The notes under the pieces: generated by a model
The model's database searches: none
What the model saw: the letters and a program-made list of their open reading frames with translations, nothing else
What the model was told of the DNA's origin: nothing
NCBI RefSeq assembly: GCF_018977255.1
Contig: NW_024704747.1
Location: 22,444,001 to 22,508,000, forward strand
DNA length: 64,000 nt
Source: Callorhinchus milii
Lineage: Eukaryota
Direction of reading: 5' to 3'
Shown here: piece by piece, positions 40,101 to 55,100 of the stretch
Numbering within the stretch: position 1 is the stretch's first letter
Layout: the number at the start of each line of letters is the position of its first letter
Program-made: the position numbers and the translations under genes

Positions 40101-43100
40101 AAATATACATCACTATAGTATTCTATTTAACTCTTCAAGCCTGCCAGCACAAAGCTAATTATTTTTGGCTTATTATTACATAAATTTGGTAGAAATAATT
40201 TTGTCATAGATTTATTGCCTTGGACTAACTTATTGTATATTACGATACCTGAATTGTGTTAGTTAATTATCTTTCTTGGTCCCAATGGCCAGTTACAAGG
40301 TGCAACCAAAGGCTGCATTCATAAAAGTGTTTATACGTGGGTTGTCATGGTCACAAGAGCATAAGTTGTTTTCGAGGGGGGAGCTGTTCATCTCCCCACT
40401 AGAATAACTCTCTCATCAATGTATCTAATTATATTTTGAACAACCTTAAATTGTCTATACCTAATATGAGACAATGATACTGGAGAACAGTTTACAATTC
40501 TGAAATCAAAGAAGGTTGTAGTGAGTTAGTTTGGGTGTAAGTACAGATACATTGCTGTCAATCGCAGTAGTGTAGCACCTACACCACCATTTTTATTTGA
40601 CAATCCAGCCTGAGACAAACAAGTTTGTCTAGTTGTTTTCTAGTAGGTATATTTACTAAATACAAGACTAAACTTACTGACATCTAATTCCCATAGATCA
40701 TTAAATTCCAATAGAGAATGTAATCATTTCTTTTAAGAGATTCCAGTTATATCCACCCCAGAAGACTTTTTCTGGGAAACAACTAGCAATGTTGCTTAGC
40801 CTAAACTGTCAATACAACCTCTATTCTACAAAAAAATTCAATTTATGTAACTACTTAGAATTCTGGGACTTGCTGCAGAACAAACTTACTACTCTAGAGA
40901 TCTATCAGTCTCTAGCAGTCCACAGTGAACATGCTTTTATAAATCCAGCTGCTAAAGTATTTTCAAGATGAGAATTCACTCACTCAGAATACACCTTTCA
41001 ACTCATTTACACATATATGTACAACATAACCAGGTTACATCATACTGTATATCAGCTATAGCACAGGCCAACATTTGAGAACATAATCTGAATTGGTAAG
41101 ACATGTCTGCTTTAAACTTTAATTAAAAATTATCCTCTAACCACTGCAATATCAAAGCTGAATGTAACACAAAATCTCAGCAATACACCACATCACATAA
41201 CTGGACTGTGCCATTGAACCATGTTGCACTAAGTTACAATCTAGCTTGCAGCAACTATCCATACTTTAAAAAAACACAGCATGCACATAGAACGTTAAAA
41301 AATGCTGAAATTTAGTAGTTTTATCACATCAATAACACCCAGTTACTATTGTGATACAATATTTATACCAGGTTTGGAACTATGAACACCCACTACAGAT
41401 TCAGTCAAGTCTACCCGTGTCAATTTATCACACCTCTGGGTCATCAAACCTCAGAGAAGTGCGTGTCTCAATGCTACACATCTTCCGCACCAGCCTCTGT
41501 ATAATTTGTACAGAATGTGTGCACTATTGACAGCTTCTACATACATTCAATATAATTCAATCCCCTGCCTTTTTTTTTTAAGTTCGGCAACATAGTAAAC
41601 TGTTTTCGGCAACTTTGTAAAGTGCAAGTTCCAGACTTTGGTATAATCTAGTAGTACTTATAATACTGCACCGTTACACCCCCCAACCCTCTAAACACAC
41701 TTGTAAACTCAACAACTCCACGCACCTGGGTCTCAATTCACATGAGATATTGCTAGTGCCAGGATTCAATGTGAATTACTCTTACTCTTGGCTAAATAGC
41801 CTTTTCATTTGCACTGACACTTGGATCTATTCCACCAGTCACGCAGAATCCCGACACTGACCGTATCCCAGTCAGGCAGGTTCTGATCAGGACACAAGAG
41901 TGAAGGGGTGGGGGGTGGGGAAGAGAAGAACTTCAGGAAAATAAAAAGATTGAAGTAAAACAAACAAAAAAAAGTATCTAGAAAGAAAAGCAAAGGTAAT
42001 TCCTTTTCTTTATCTTCCGCTATTTAAATAGATACAGAACAACCTGGTCATAAATCACTGACAAAGGGAGAAACACATGTAGAAACAAACAGACTGGCTG
42101 TCTCATTCTAGCCTCTTTCCCCTACTCCCCTCCCAATGGAGAAGTCCTTGGCCTAGATTTCACAAACTTTCCGTGGCAGCATGATTGGGATCACCAGCAC
42201 AGTAAATCAAGTGGAAATTGAGTGGAAATTCTTACTCTGATCAATACCCTACTGCTCCACAATCTAGTATGTCACAGCCGCTCAAGCAAGACACTGTGGT
42301 ACTGTGATCTTTGATGGGAAGGAAGTTCATAACCACTGGTGCAACCAGGTATTTGCATCATTCAATGTGCAATAAAAACAAACAAATAAATAGGTTTATC
42401 CAAAGCTCTGGAATCCACAAGGGTTAATGAATAAATACTTGAGAATAATTCAGAACTTGCACTCTTCCGGAACAGTGAAATTATGACCCAGTCGCTTTAG
42501 ACTCCTTCACTTAGACTTTGCATTCTATATACTATGGTAGTGGAAGAGTCCTCCTCATTGGATTCTGATGGTACCTTTTTCCAGAGTGGCTCTTTAAGTG
42601 CAAGCTCTTGCTGCAGACTTTCATAGTTCATTGATCCGAAGGTATGCTGGTAATATGAATAATTAGATTGCTTGAATCTATGAATTTTAGAGAGTGCTTG
42701 TATATACAACAATTTTTTAAAGTAATATTTTACACTTCTGCAAACTTTCTTCACTCTCTTTATAAATACAAATCTACTTAAACACATTTTCTTTCTGTTA
42801 ATATGCTTAGCTTTTCAAAAATAAAATAACTAAATACAATTTCAATTCTATTTAATCGACTAACAAATTGAGGGGAAAAGTGCTTTGGTGGGTATACTTT
42901 TTATCAATAATGTTCATTTACCATGTAACTCATTTGTGTACTTGAAAGTAATTTCAAACAGAAAGTTGATAGATTAAGTAAGACCTGCAAGGGAAGCTGG
43001 CTCTGACCCATTTTGTTTATTCTCTTTTTTTTTTAATAAAAAAGAGGGAAGAAGAATCCTAAATACTGATTTGTTACTTTATGAACACAAATAGGTAATA

Positions 43101-46100
43101 ATAAGATTATTGAATTGAAAGTTACTTTCTGTCAACTTCAGTATATATATTGCACTTTTATGTGCATTTCTGAGTCCTACAAATGCACAATAGTGATGTA
43201 TACCAGTAAAATATTTGGGGATTTAAGATAAAAATCTTCAGATGAGTTGTTCAAGAGGTGAATTTAAAACAGTATGATTCTTCATGTTATGACAACTAAA
43301 TGAGCAATCTAATTTATGGCTCAAAGTTTGCTCTCCTTTTGCCTTCCTTCAGACAAGCATTCAAAAGAATCTAACAGATATGTTACTGTAATTAATATTT
43401 CCTGGCCTGAAGATCTATTGAACAGAAAACACAGAAACTGTTTAGATTCTAATAACTAAAAATGTGACATCACTATATATAAAGTTGACCATTTACTTAA
43501 AGGTATATCTGGTGAAAGGTTGCTACTTCCTATGTTCAAGCGAGTCAAAAATAGATTTCTAACCTATTTTTAACTCACTTGAACATGTCCAGGGATCCAT
43601 GTAAATCGGTTATTGAGCAAAGCGATTGAGATATACCCAAACTGTCATGTGTTAGATCCACAGATTCCCTGCTCCCAATGTAACTTAGACAGAACAGAAA
43701 AATGACAAATGACAGAGGCCAAGTAAGATGAAGAAATATACAACCGAGTGGAAAGACGAACCACCACAAATACCACAGAGAAAGTAAAGGAATAGGCCAG
43801 GTCTACAATCCACTACAAGTAGGAGGGCTAAACTTCTTCAGGGATTCACAACATTGAACAGAAAAGGGCTATATCCCAAGATGTGTGAAGCCATAGAAAT
43901 TCATATTTGTTTTATTAATTGTATAGTTTCAATTTTAAATTTAGAAAATGTCCGGTATAATCAAAATGTTACTTTGAAAGTTAGAGTAAAATATTTTTTA
44001 AGTTTTTCCCCAGAATATACAGTCAATTCACTTTAGAGTATATTCTGCGAAGCGCTTTGAGATGTCTCAAAGATATGATAATGCACTATATTAAATGCAA
44101 GGATTATTAGTTATTATAAAGTATGGATATTTATTTTTAAAATTTGTGGATATTGCTGTTTGTCTATTAAGCAATGTTTTGAAGTCCACAGCAACCTATC
44201 CACCCATTGCACCAAACTTTTCAGAGTACTAGGATTAAATAACATGTCAATATTACAAATACATGTGAGCCCTGTGAGCTCAAGTATGCATGTAAATTTA
44301 TCACTATAGCAATGCTTATAGTCAAACTGGATTGAGACACAGCCTAATGAGTTAGAAAGTACCAGGGAGATGAAGCAAGATGCCTATGAATTACCTTCAC
44401 AATACAATGCATGGGTACTAACTCATGTTAGTAGCAGATAGATAAGGGTTACTGTACTTTGATAAGATGATGTGAATATTTTGTGCTCACCAAGTTGCCG
44501 AATTTTAACACTAGGAACAGAATACTTTCCCATTTTGAATACTCCATGTATCAAGAACTCTAGTCAAGTATAAACTAGACAGCTCCCCTCACTTTGAATC
44601 ATAGCCCATCTTATCTCAAACCTCGGAAGAGCACCCACATTGCACCGGTGTGAAAATATGAATTAGAAGAGGAAATGTGACTCACACACAGAGAAGCTTT
44701 ATGGACAGAAGTCAAGATAAAGTACACATATTATCATAGCCTAAAGTGAGAAGTTAGTGCAGGATATATTTATTTAAAAAAAGGGAAAATACAACTGATA
44801 TTATTTCTGTAAACTATATACTGCTGCATAACCTACTTCCACAGTTTATCTTCTTAACAAGAGGAATCATAGAATATTCCAATGCAGAAATAGGCCACTT
44901 GACTTGGATGGTGTTTAGACTGGTCTAATCCTGTTCTCCAGCTCGCTCACCATACATTTTAACATTTTTTTTTCAAGCATCAAGTTGCATGACAATTTAT
45001 AACATAACTGATGCAATGACAGGGTATTGTAAGTGATAAGTTATTTGGGCTGAAGAGACTATGTGACATTGTTTGTTTGAGCTTAATAAGCCAAAATGTA
45101 TTTTGCTGATTCGCCTCATTTAAGCCTTGTCCTGCTGCTGTATTGTTTGTTAACTTTGTAACTTATTAAATCACTTTTGTCTTAAAGAAAGAAATTTGGA
45201 TTCTTGATGGCAAATCTTAAATTTTGGGAAAGCTGCCAGTAGCAGATTACATTTATAGAAATAACATAGCTGTCCTGCATACAAATATCACACATGATGT
45301 AATTAAAATCTGCAACTTTTATTACTGGGATTCAAGTACTACCTCAGTTGTCTTGGTAGTGCACAGAATCTGTAATGTGTAGCTGAATGCAAATTCAGAA
45401 ATGCATNAAAAAAACTGTATCTTACACATGGGTAAACTTACCCGTACTTCACCACCCTCCCTCCGGGGATCAAGTTTCTTTGCAAAGTGCCTCAGGTTGT
45501 CATAATTGTGGAAATTAAATAGAGAGACAAGATCCTGAAATTAAAACACAAAAATCCCAAATTTACTATTACAAATATTTAAAGATACTCCTCAAGAGTT
45601 TACTGACAGTTACATATCTTAACAATAGAATCCCCCACTAAACTATTAAACATACAAGACCTAACACACACCAAATAACAATCTAATGATTCCAGTTTCC
45701 ACTGTGAATAACATTGGACCACAATCGTTTGCTATCCAGGCTCACGGGTGTAGTATGAATCCCTATGAAGGTGTACCACAGCATGGGAACTGGTTCTAAT
45801 AGTGGAATACACAAATTCCTAACATTAATTGTTTTGTAGTTTGGACTCAAATTTGCAGAAATTGGGTTGTAAGTTTACAATTACAAATACCATTAAGCGA
45901 ATTAAGACTATCTTAGTGCTGATTCACTTAGCCCTGGCTCACAGTCCCATGAATGATTAATAGCATCGCAAAGCTGAATGAAGAAATAGATTTTACTGTG
46001 TAGCACAAGAAACGTGGCAAAACTGGGAACCATCATTAGCCACTCATATGATAAGCTTATTTTTTGTACAAGCTTTCTTGAATTTAAAAGTCAAATATAA

Positions 46101-49100
46101 TAGGCTAATTTGAAAATACTCAAAAATTTTAATTCATCTAATGCTGCATCTATGAAATATGTGAGTTACTTGGCATACACCACAGTAATAAGTGGCACAA
46201 AATGCTTCTCCTCTTTACACTTACATGACAGAATTGAATACCCTTAACACTGTTGCCAAGTTTGTCCAGAGGGGGCGACCAACACATGATACCCATCACA
46301 TTTGGTACCACCAGCAAAATACCACCAGACACTCCGGATTTTGATGGAAGGCCAACCTGCAAAGCGAAACATAATTTTTTAAAAAAACTATACATTGGCA
46401 TTATATAATAAAATATAGAACAAAATATGAAGATTTTAGGATGCTTTGTACTGACTGCACCAAGATTATTTAATGTTAGCTGCGGCAACTGCAATAGTTC
46501 TGTGTGATGAGAATCTAAAACACAATATTCATACTCTAGATTCATTATGTTAATGTAACATCTGGGATATATACTCCACACAAATAAGTCAAGGAAAAAC
46601 CAGACCATTTTCTGATGCTAATATTCTTTGTCGGAATTTGCTTGAGACACAAAAAAATGTAAAATCAGCATTATTACCCTTTTCGTCTGTCAATAACATC
46701 CCTTTTACAGCCAGCACATCAAGTATTCATTGTAGGTCAAATGAAACGCCGTGAATAATTAATGCAAAAGTGAACACATTATGCTATGACCTAATGGAAT
46801 GTTAAGACACAATGAGCTTTGCAATTACAATATTCAAAGCTTATATGTATGGTTTGTAATAGTGGAAATCATATGCCTTCTTCTATCCTGGAAGTTTGAT
46901 TGATGGAAATTTATATTTTCCTGATTTTCTTTGGATAATAATTTTGTTGTTGAAGTTTTCAAAGACAAAAACAACACACAAAACAGTGGTGATTTAAAAG
47001 ATACAGACTATTGTTCAGCAAATCTTACAACCTCTATGAAAGACAGTTTATTTTATCAGTTATTACAAAGGAAGAAAATGATCTCCAGTGAATCTTGTGT
47101 TTAGACCAGTGGTGACCAACCTGTGGCCCCCAAACATTTGCACAAATCCAGGTAAGTCCGTGATCGTTCGGTAGTGTATTTTTAGNTTTTTCTTGCTTAA
47201 ATATTTCTTGATTTATGGCATATACAAAATATACTCAATCAAGAAAATTTATTTTATTGGCCAACCATAAAGGTTAGCCACCATTCGTTTAGACAAATAC
47301 ATTTTTTTAAAAAAAAGTTTGCTTTGTCAACCAAACATTTCAAAAATTCTGTTGTTTTAAAAAAAATTTATATCTTTGAATCCAGAAATTGTTCCTTTAA
47401 TTATTGTTCCTACGTACAATCTGCAAGTTTTCTGCACAAATCCAACAGCGCAGCTATTCTGGAATTTCTTTGGTAAAAATACAATGAGACCGCACTCTAA
47501 ATAAATTTGTGACAAGCCTCGCCTGTTCTTGTTTCAATGACAAAGATAATCAGAGTCAAATTTACTTACATGAAAGGCAAACTGGCCCGAAAAGTCATAC
47601 ATGCCACAGGAATGCATCAAACTCAGCGTGTTCCTAACAGCCTCAGGGCTCAGAACCCTCTCTCCTGTGATCGGGCAGATGCCACCGTTGGCCAATGTTG
47701 CTGCCATTACACTGCCAGATTCACAGGTTACTTCAATGGAGCACAGCTTTGGGATATTGAATAAAAGAACAATTTTCAGTATGACAAGTATTACAAGCTT
47801 GCTTAGAATTTAAATGGGGCTTTGGCATCAAAATATGACAACAGTGTAGAGGGGGAGAAAGGAGAGGAACTTTCAGGTTAGTTTCGCCATTTACAGTTCT
47901 AAAAAATAAAGTACAGCAGAAAATAGAACTTTTAGTAATTATTCAGCCTCCCATTGAAATTGTGGGCAGGTACAGTCCCCCCACCATTCGGCCGATCACT
48001 ATATTCATTAAATATTTAAACATTCCTCCGGATCTACTTTAGTTTGCATTTAGAGGCAACATAAAATAAATGTGAAACAACATGAGACAAGATGAAACAG
48101 TACAGTGAAGTCTGGTTATAATGGAGATTGATAAAATCATAACCAGCACTATAATGGGCACTTCCACATTCATTTTGCAGTTACACCCAAATACATTTTA
48201 TAATTTTGCGCAAGTAAATGTCAGAGTCTACATTCCAACAAAACTTATTATAATGAAGCACCTTAGAAAATGGTTCTGTGAATTGTAGCTAGAAATTAAT
48301 AATGCACACAAATTGTTCTATTGCATGTGACTCTTGTTTTTTATTCCAAAATTACTTTTGGATGAATTTGAATGAGGGAGGAATACAGAGAAAATGGCTT
48401 GCTCTTCTTTGAAATAGTGCACTGAAATCTTTCAATCCAAATGAACAAGAAGATGTGACCTTGGTTTAAACATGTCGTACTAAGGATGGCACCTCTGGCA
48501 ATGTAATATTAGTATGGAATTTGAAACTACTATTTTCTGACCAAAAATGAGAGCACTACCAATAGAGTCAAACTAATACTAACAACCCAGTTTGTTATAT
48601 TCAGAATATAGGAAAGAAACTCACCTGGAAATAAAAATCCAGTATACTAGTCATATCACTGCCTTCTGGAAAACACTGTAGGAAAACATACAAAGGAAAT
48701 TAGGTTTTGCCTCCTTCACAACTTTCTCCCCTTGCAGGGAGCTAATCACTGTAGATCGATCCTCTTGCAGTTAATGGGACTATAAATGTTTGGGACCATT
48801 GGCTCTCTTCATATTTACCATTATCATTGCTCTCCAAGATCAGACAACACTTAAGGAGGCACATAAAAGCTGCATGTCTGTTCCTACACAGCACAATACA
48901 GTAATTTAAAAAAATCTGGGTGATGGGTTTCAGTTATAAAATAGATGCTGTGAAGAAACAAATTCTTACATGCAAACCGCTTAAATAATATAATTGTTGC
49001 ATTTGATATAATCCTTATCACGTCTTCTAGACGTCTCAAAGTGCTTCACAGAATATACTGTAAAGTGAATTGACTGTACATTTGTCGTGGACTGAGTGAC

Positions 49101-52100
49101 CAAATTATTATTGTTTTGGGGGGGGATTATTATTAAATGTGTAATTCTGTCACTACAGTGACAGCATGTTGGGACATCCTCTCGACATGAAAGCCGTTAT
49201 ACAAATCTAATTTTGTGTTGTACAAACCTTTTTCTCCTTCAGGTAATATCCAATAGCAAAATTTCGATCTCCAGATTCTCTTTCAGACTGAAATCTAAAA
49301 ACAGTATCAATTTATTATCTTGAAAAACAAATGAAGCTCAAGCAGTAAATTGTTAATCAATTGCAATCTCAAAGAATTTTTTCAACCTATAGATTGACAC
49401 TATTTGACATGAAGTTAATAAACATACAGATTAATTCACGCCACTTTGCAGCCTTAGCTATTATTAGGTTCATGCATATTTTATGGCTACTGTTCTGAAG
49501 AGATCTAATCTCCCTCCCATTTATAAAAATGTTAAAAAGCAAGGAATACTTACGTAGCATTATTAAATCCAACATACTCATTTCCAGCCATCTGATTCAA
49601 GAATTGCATGACCTGCAAAATAGAACCAATGTTTGAAAGCATTCACTGAAATGTGTATAAATTCTTAACCGTGCATTTTCATAGAGACAACAATAAAATC
49701 AGGTTCTGAACAATTCAATATTATACCTACACTGTCAAATTTCTCAGCGTTGCTTAATCCCTGCTGCAAATGAAAGGGAAAAACGTTACATAATTGACAA
49801 CAATTAAATCCAAACTGCAAGTACACATATTCAAAGTACAATATATCTCAATGCATAATTGTTTTTACAAGTGAAAAGCAATATACGCAAGATAAAATTG
49901 AAACCGATGCAGTAACACGTCAAAGCACTTCACATAATCAGTTACTCTGAAGTGCAGTGAGATTTGCACTCAAAAATTCCTATGGTGAGGGAGAAGGAAT
50001 GTAACCCTACAAAACAATAATCACTTGTGAACTGCTTTGAGATATTTCAAACTGTTAAGACTTTAACTAAATCGTCTTACCTTTATAAGGGACGTAACCA
50101 CAATGGCTCCAGCATTTACCATAGGATTATGTGGTTTATCTGAAATGATACATAATGAAATATACAACATGAATGACAGATATAGAAACAGACTTGAAAC
50201 AACTGGCTATGTTAGCAGTAAACTAAAGTATCAGATTTTTGTTCTTGAAGCAACACAGTTTTATCAATTGGTTTCAAAACTGATACCATGTTCATGTCCA
50301 TTTGATTTGACTATTAAGAAGCATGACATGGGTTTCCTGAACACCATAGAAATCTACACATTCAAGGTGCAGCAACAACAAATTACATTTGTATAATGCC
50401 ATTCATGTCAGGAGAGAGTTCAAAACATTTGTTTCTTCATGTACATGGAATAATTTACACCCGCAACGTGGGTAAGCGAGAACCAGTCATTAAAATTTCA
50501 CAAGATAAACTATGGCAACGGTCTTCCAAAGGCCAATTGAAGCTCAGTTACATCTGAAGGCTTCTACTAGGAATAGCATAGGACAAACACAGAAAATCTG
50601 TTGCCTGGTGGATGCAAAACCCATATTAACCCATTAATTACCGTGGTCAAATGTAACCATTATCCTCTAAGAAACCCTGAGAGCAAGGTTATTTAGTAAT
50701 TATGTTTTGTCAATCAATCCAAAATCAATGTTCAGGATGAAACAATACTGGGAAGTTAAACAATAGTTTTGAATATGTGAAAAATGCATCAATTTAAAAG
50801 ATTTTGGTTTCCAGAATAATCTGGATCACTACATTTAAATGCATATAAATTCTACAATAATAGATACCTGAATTTTTTTTAAATGGTGCATTAGAAAAGC
50901 TTAATTACAATAGTGCAGCTCCAGTGATATACAGACTTAACAAAAGGCTAAAAAAAAATCTTAAACCCTCCAAAGCTGTTGGTGAACAATCAGATTAAGA
51001 GACTATTGTAGAATCAGGAAATTAAGATTTTTTTCATTCAAACTACAAATCCTACCTTCTTCATTTAGGAAGAGCTTGTTGAATCGTAATCCACTGGGTT
51101 CTTTACCTACATATTGATGAACATACTCTGTGCCAAGATCATTGATAGCAATAGCATATTTTAATGGTTTCACGCAAGACTGAAGACAAAAGGGAACTTT
51201 AGTATCTCCAATGGAATGCCTGGAAGAAAGTTTTAGATGATTACGCCATACAGACAATACCATTCAACAATATAGAAAACAACAGGAATATACACAATGG
51301 TGACTTAAGTATTTCTAAGCATTAAAACGGTGAATGCTCGGCTGTTTGCTATGAATTCATCACAAAACGTGATATACTGGTGCTATTGACAGCACATTCT
51401 CACACTGAAACAATAGTAACCAGCTTCACCACAAAATGCTCCCACCCCCTCATTAAGTTAAAAAGCTTTATCCATTACATATTTTAATTAAGCATACAGT
51501 TGCTTTATATCCATACTGCACAGAAAACGAAACTACTAATGACAATAGTAATTGTGAATCTATACTAGATGCCCTTAATACTTTAGTTTACACTGAAAAC
51601 AATCATATTTTAAAATAAATCTACAATTCAACAAGTTTCTGATTGCTTTGTACATATTTCTATACCAACTGCTGGCATTTCTTCTCTTCCCAAGAGCACT
51701 GGCTCCATGTAATGGTTTCTAAGTGAATAAATGTCCTTTTTACATAAATTGGTAATATTTTTTCTCTCAGTCACAAATGCAATCATTCAATAAATAATGT
51801 TATTCATAAAGAAAATGAATCAATGTAAAAATCAACTGGTCTATAGATATTCTGTAAAAATGAGGTTTGAGCCACTTTGAAAAGGGCCATTTCGTACAAA
51901 AGATGTGCTGGATTACAAAACTGAGTTTTACAATTAGCACATTTCTGCAATGCAACTTTTCAGCTGATAAAACAATAAACAAGAATTCTCAATAAGGCAA
52001 AAAATACACCTGTACCCAGTTGAGACTGGAATATTACCCACAAACAAAGAAACTAACGTCTCTGCAACATGTGTGATATACATTCTATATGTTCATTACC

Positions 52101-55100
52101 TAATTGCAGTTTTCAGAATCATTCTATTTAGTTTGCTCACCCAAGCGATATGCTGTGTGTGATGCTACATCAACTTTGAAGAAAAATGAAGACAATGTAG
52201 ATAATCCATAAACTTGTACATTAAAATTTAGAAATTAGTCAGGTTAAATGTGCTAATTAACGTCATGACAAATTTACAAAAGTTACCCAATTTAAATGTT
52301 GTTAAGTCACGTTAATTGCAATAGCCTTTTGTTATTCTGCTTGCAATACACAGCTCATCGCATTTTAAATATTTATTCAAAACATCCAAACAAGTCAAAA
52401 TGTTTTCTGCACCTTCAAAGGGTTAAGGTTTAAAAAAAATCAACACAGAACAAATATTCTGTTGTTACAAGTAGCCTTGGGAAATTGTTACAACATGCCG
52501 TATAATTCTACAAGTTTGATCCTCTTGTGAGTTTCCAGACATAAGTCTATGAATATTGCTACAATTCTAAGGTGGCAAATATGTACCCAGTCTAATACAT
52601 TTCAACTGATGTAAATGTCATGCCCCAGTCATGCCACACTTAAAAATGTAGCATCAACCGCTGCAATTTAACAAATCATACGTTAGCGCTGGTTTGCATC
52701 GTTTCTGAATGAAGAAAGGCTGTGCTCCAAATATACAAACACAAATGCATGGAAAGAGCAAGGAGTATCCATGTCAGAGTGACAATCAGATCTCCAATGA
52801 TTGAAGAGCTGAATTTTTAAACTTCTGAATTGAACAGATGCATGAGGACTTTGTAACTCCATGGTGCATTTCATCTTTTCTTGATAATCTCACAAGTGAA
52901 TCTAAATCACACAGATGATAGATCAGCATACTCCACACCTTGAATTAAAATGGTGCTATCATTTGCACTTTGTTGACTCAAGGTGCAAAATTTCATGAGC
53001 GCAATAGAGGATCAATGGAGGCGAACAATGGATGGAACTCAAGCTTATACCTGAATAAACAGAGACAAGTGGAAATTCCACATGACTTCGGGTGTTGCAT
53101 AACACAGGAGATATTAAGTTGGGGTAGTTTGTGTTCACTGCAAGGTATGGCCGCGTGCAGTGAACAGTTTGTGCAAGGTTCTCAAAAAGTATTTCAGGCA
53201 CGAACTGGTGTAAAAGGAAAGCAAGTTTTACATTTTTGTCGAGAGACCAATGTTTTGCTGCAGACCAGCAACTTGTCAGCTACTGGATCCTGCACCTTTG
53301 ATTTCAAGCCTTGCCAAATGAGCTGCGACAGTACTCAGGTGGTCTCTGCTATGACATCCCATCAAGGCAAAAACAAAACAATGGGAACTGGTCTGTGTAA
53401 GCACACACCTCCTTTTAGCCATTTACAGTAGACTGGCACACTGAAGTTGTGATATGCAGTTCCACCCACTTGCTCTCCTGGCTGAAGTTCATTTCCACAG
53501 AGGTGAAAGACTATAAAAAATAAAGACGACTTACTTCAAACACAGGCAAAATAGAAGTCTCAATGTAATGTAAAGCAAGTTGTCGGATGCAGGTTTGTAC
53601 TTGGTTCAGGCTAAGAATAATTATTTCTTCCTAAATAACGAATGCCGCAAGAAAAATCAAGGTGTTGTACAAGTCATGTCATAACCAGAGTCAATGAAAA
53701 TTGTAACTCATTGCAAGACAGCACAGGCCAACAAGGTTCGTAAATTTAGTTTGGTATTCATAATGGTATACACAGTAATTCACAACCTTGGTATTCGTAA
53801 AAGCAGATTTGTTCCTCATAGAAAGCGGATTACTAATACTGTTCATTCTGTGTCCATTTAATATTTCTTCAGATGAAATTGTAGGAAATAATATAGATAT
53901 TGAAATCTAACATGTTTTATAATTAGCAATTCCGGTAAACCAGAATTTACCCATACTCTCAACCCCTACCTCCACATCATTCTCATTGTAAATGTCAATG
54001 AAGCTGGCATTCAACATGCAGTTCACAGCATTTAACTGCCTGTTAGTGGTCTGCTCTGTAGTTTTCATTTAGCAAAGAGCTGTGAATCTACTAACCAACA
54101 GTCCAATCCATGAACTGCATGTTGAATGCCTGAACTGGATTAATGGACTTGATAGTGAGAAAGAGGGGCATGGAGAGAGAAAACAGTCCATCTCTGTCAT
54201 ATCTGGATAATTGATGTTTAATGCTTTAAGAATTTACATTTTTAATCAACAATTACTTTGTCCTCACTAAAAGAAGCTTCAAATAACACAGAATTCTCAA
54301 CGTTGCTACTGTCTAATGTTTACCTTTCAACTGATTAGTAGCTGGACACCTTAACAGCCAATTATTAATGGGAGATCAATAACACTGGATCTGAAATTTA
54401 AATCTGAAACAAACATCTAAAAGTTTTCAAGTTACTTAAAACTATTTTGAAATCAATCAATTAAATTTAGCATACATGTGAGTAAAATAGATTTCTCCTC
54501 AAAACTAGTCTTGCTGTGATGTGACAAAACTTTGAACACAGTAGAATGATTGGAGAAGATTGTTTAATCAATGTATTAGTAATATCTGCTGCTTTAAGCA
54601 TCAATAATGTACAATCCATGGGGCAAAACCACCTAGTGTCTATAATGCCAAAATTATATGACATTGGATTTATTCAGACAGCAAACTTATGCTCCAGGTT
54701 TTTTGTGGCTTGATTTCTATACATGTCCACCAAAGCTCCTAATTCGCACCAAATGTAAACTCATTTTAATATTAGGTAGGAATGTCAATATTCACAATAT
54801 TAAAAAACAAGTACCTTAGCAAATATTATTCTCAAGCCCAACACTGTTGGTTTATAACTATATTTGGAGGTAGTTTTATTTCAAATTCCTTAATACAATA
54901 CCACAATGGTGAAGGTGATTATAGCGAGCAAGGGCAGGAGAGAAAAATAAGATATACTTTCAAACTAAATGAAAATTTCATTTGTATTTTCTTGAAAGCT
55001 TTAAAAAGGACACCTCTATGACTCCCCTTCTCCTCCCGAAAGAGAACAATTTCATTAACTTGTTCTTGAGTGTTAAATTCCTGAAACCAGAATATTGGCC

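Noticed and set aside
45407-47186. Two ambiguous N bases (45407 and 47186)
   Set aside because: Assembly uncertainty next to homopolymers in introns; not biological.
49761-49766. NAGNAG acceptor at GLS exon 8
   Set aside because: A common motif affecting one Gln; no evidence of regulation from sequence alone.
52970-53431. 153-aa plus-strand ORF within GLS intron 5
   Set aside because: Non-ATG start, no recognisable motifs and no splice context; likely chance.
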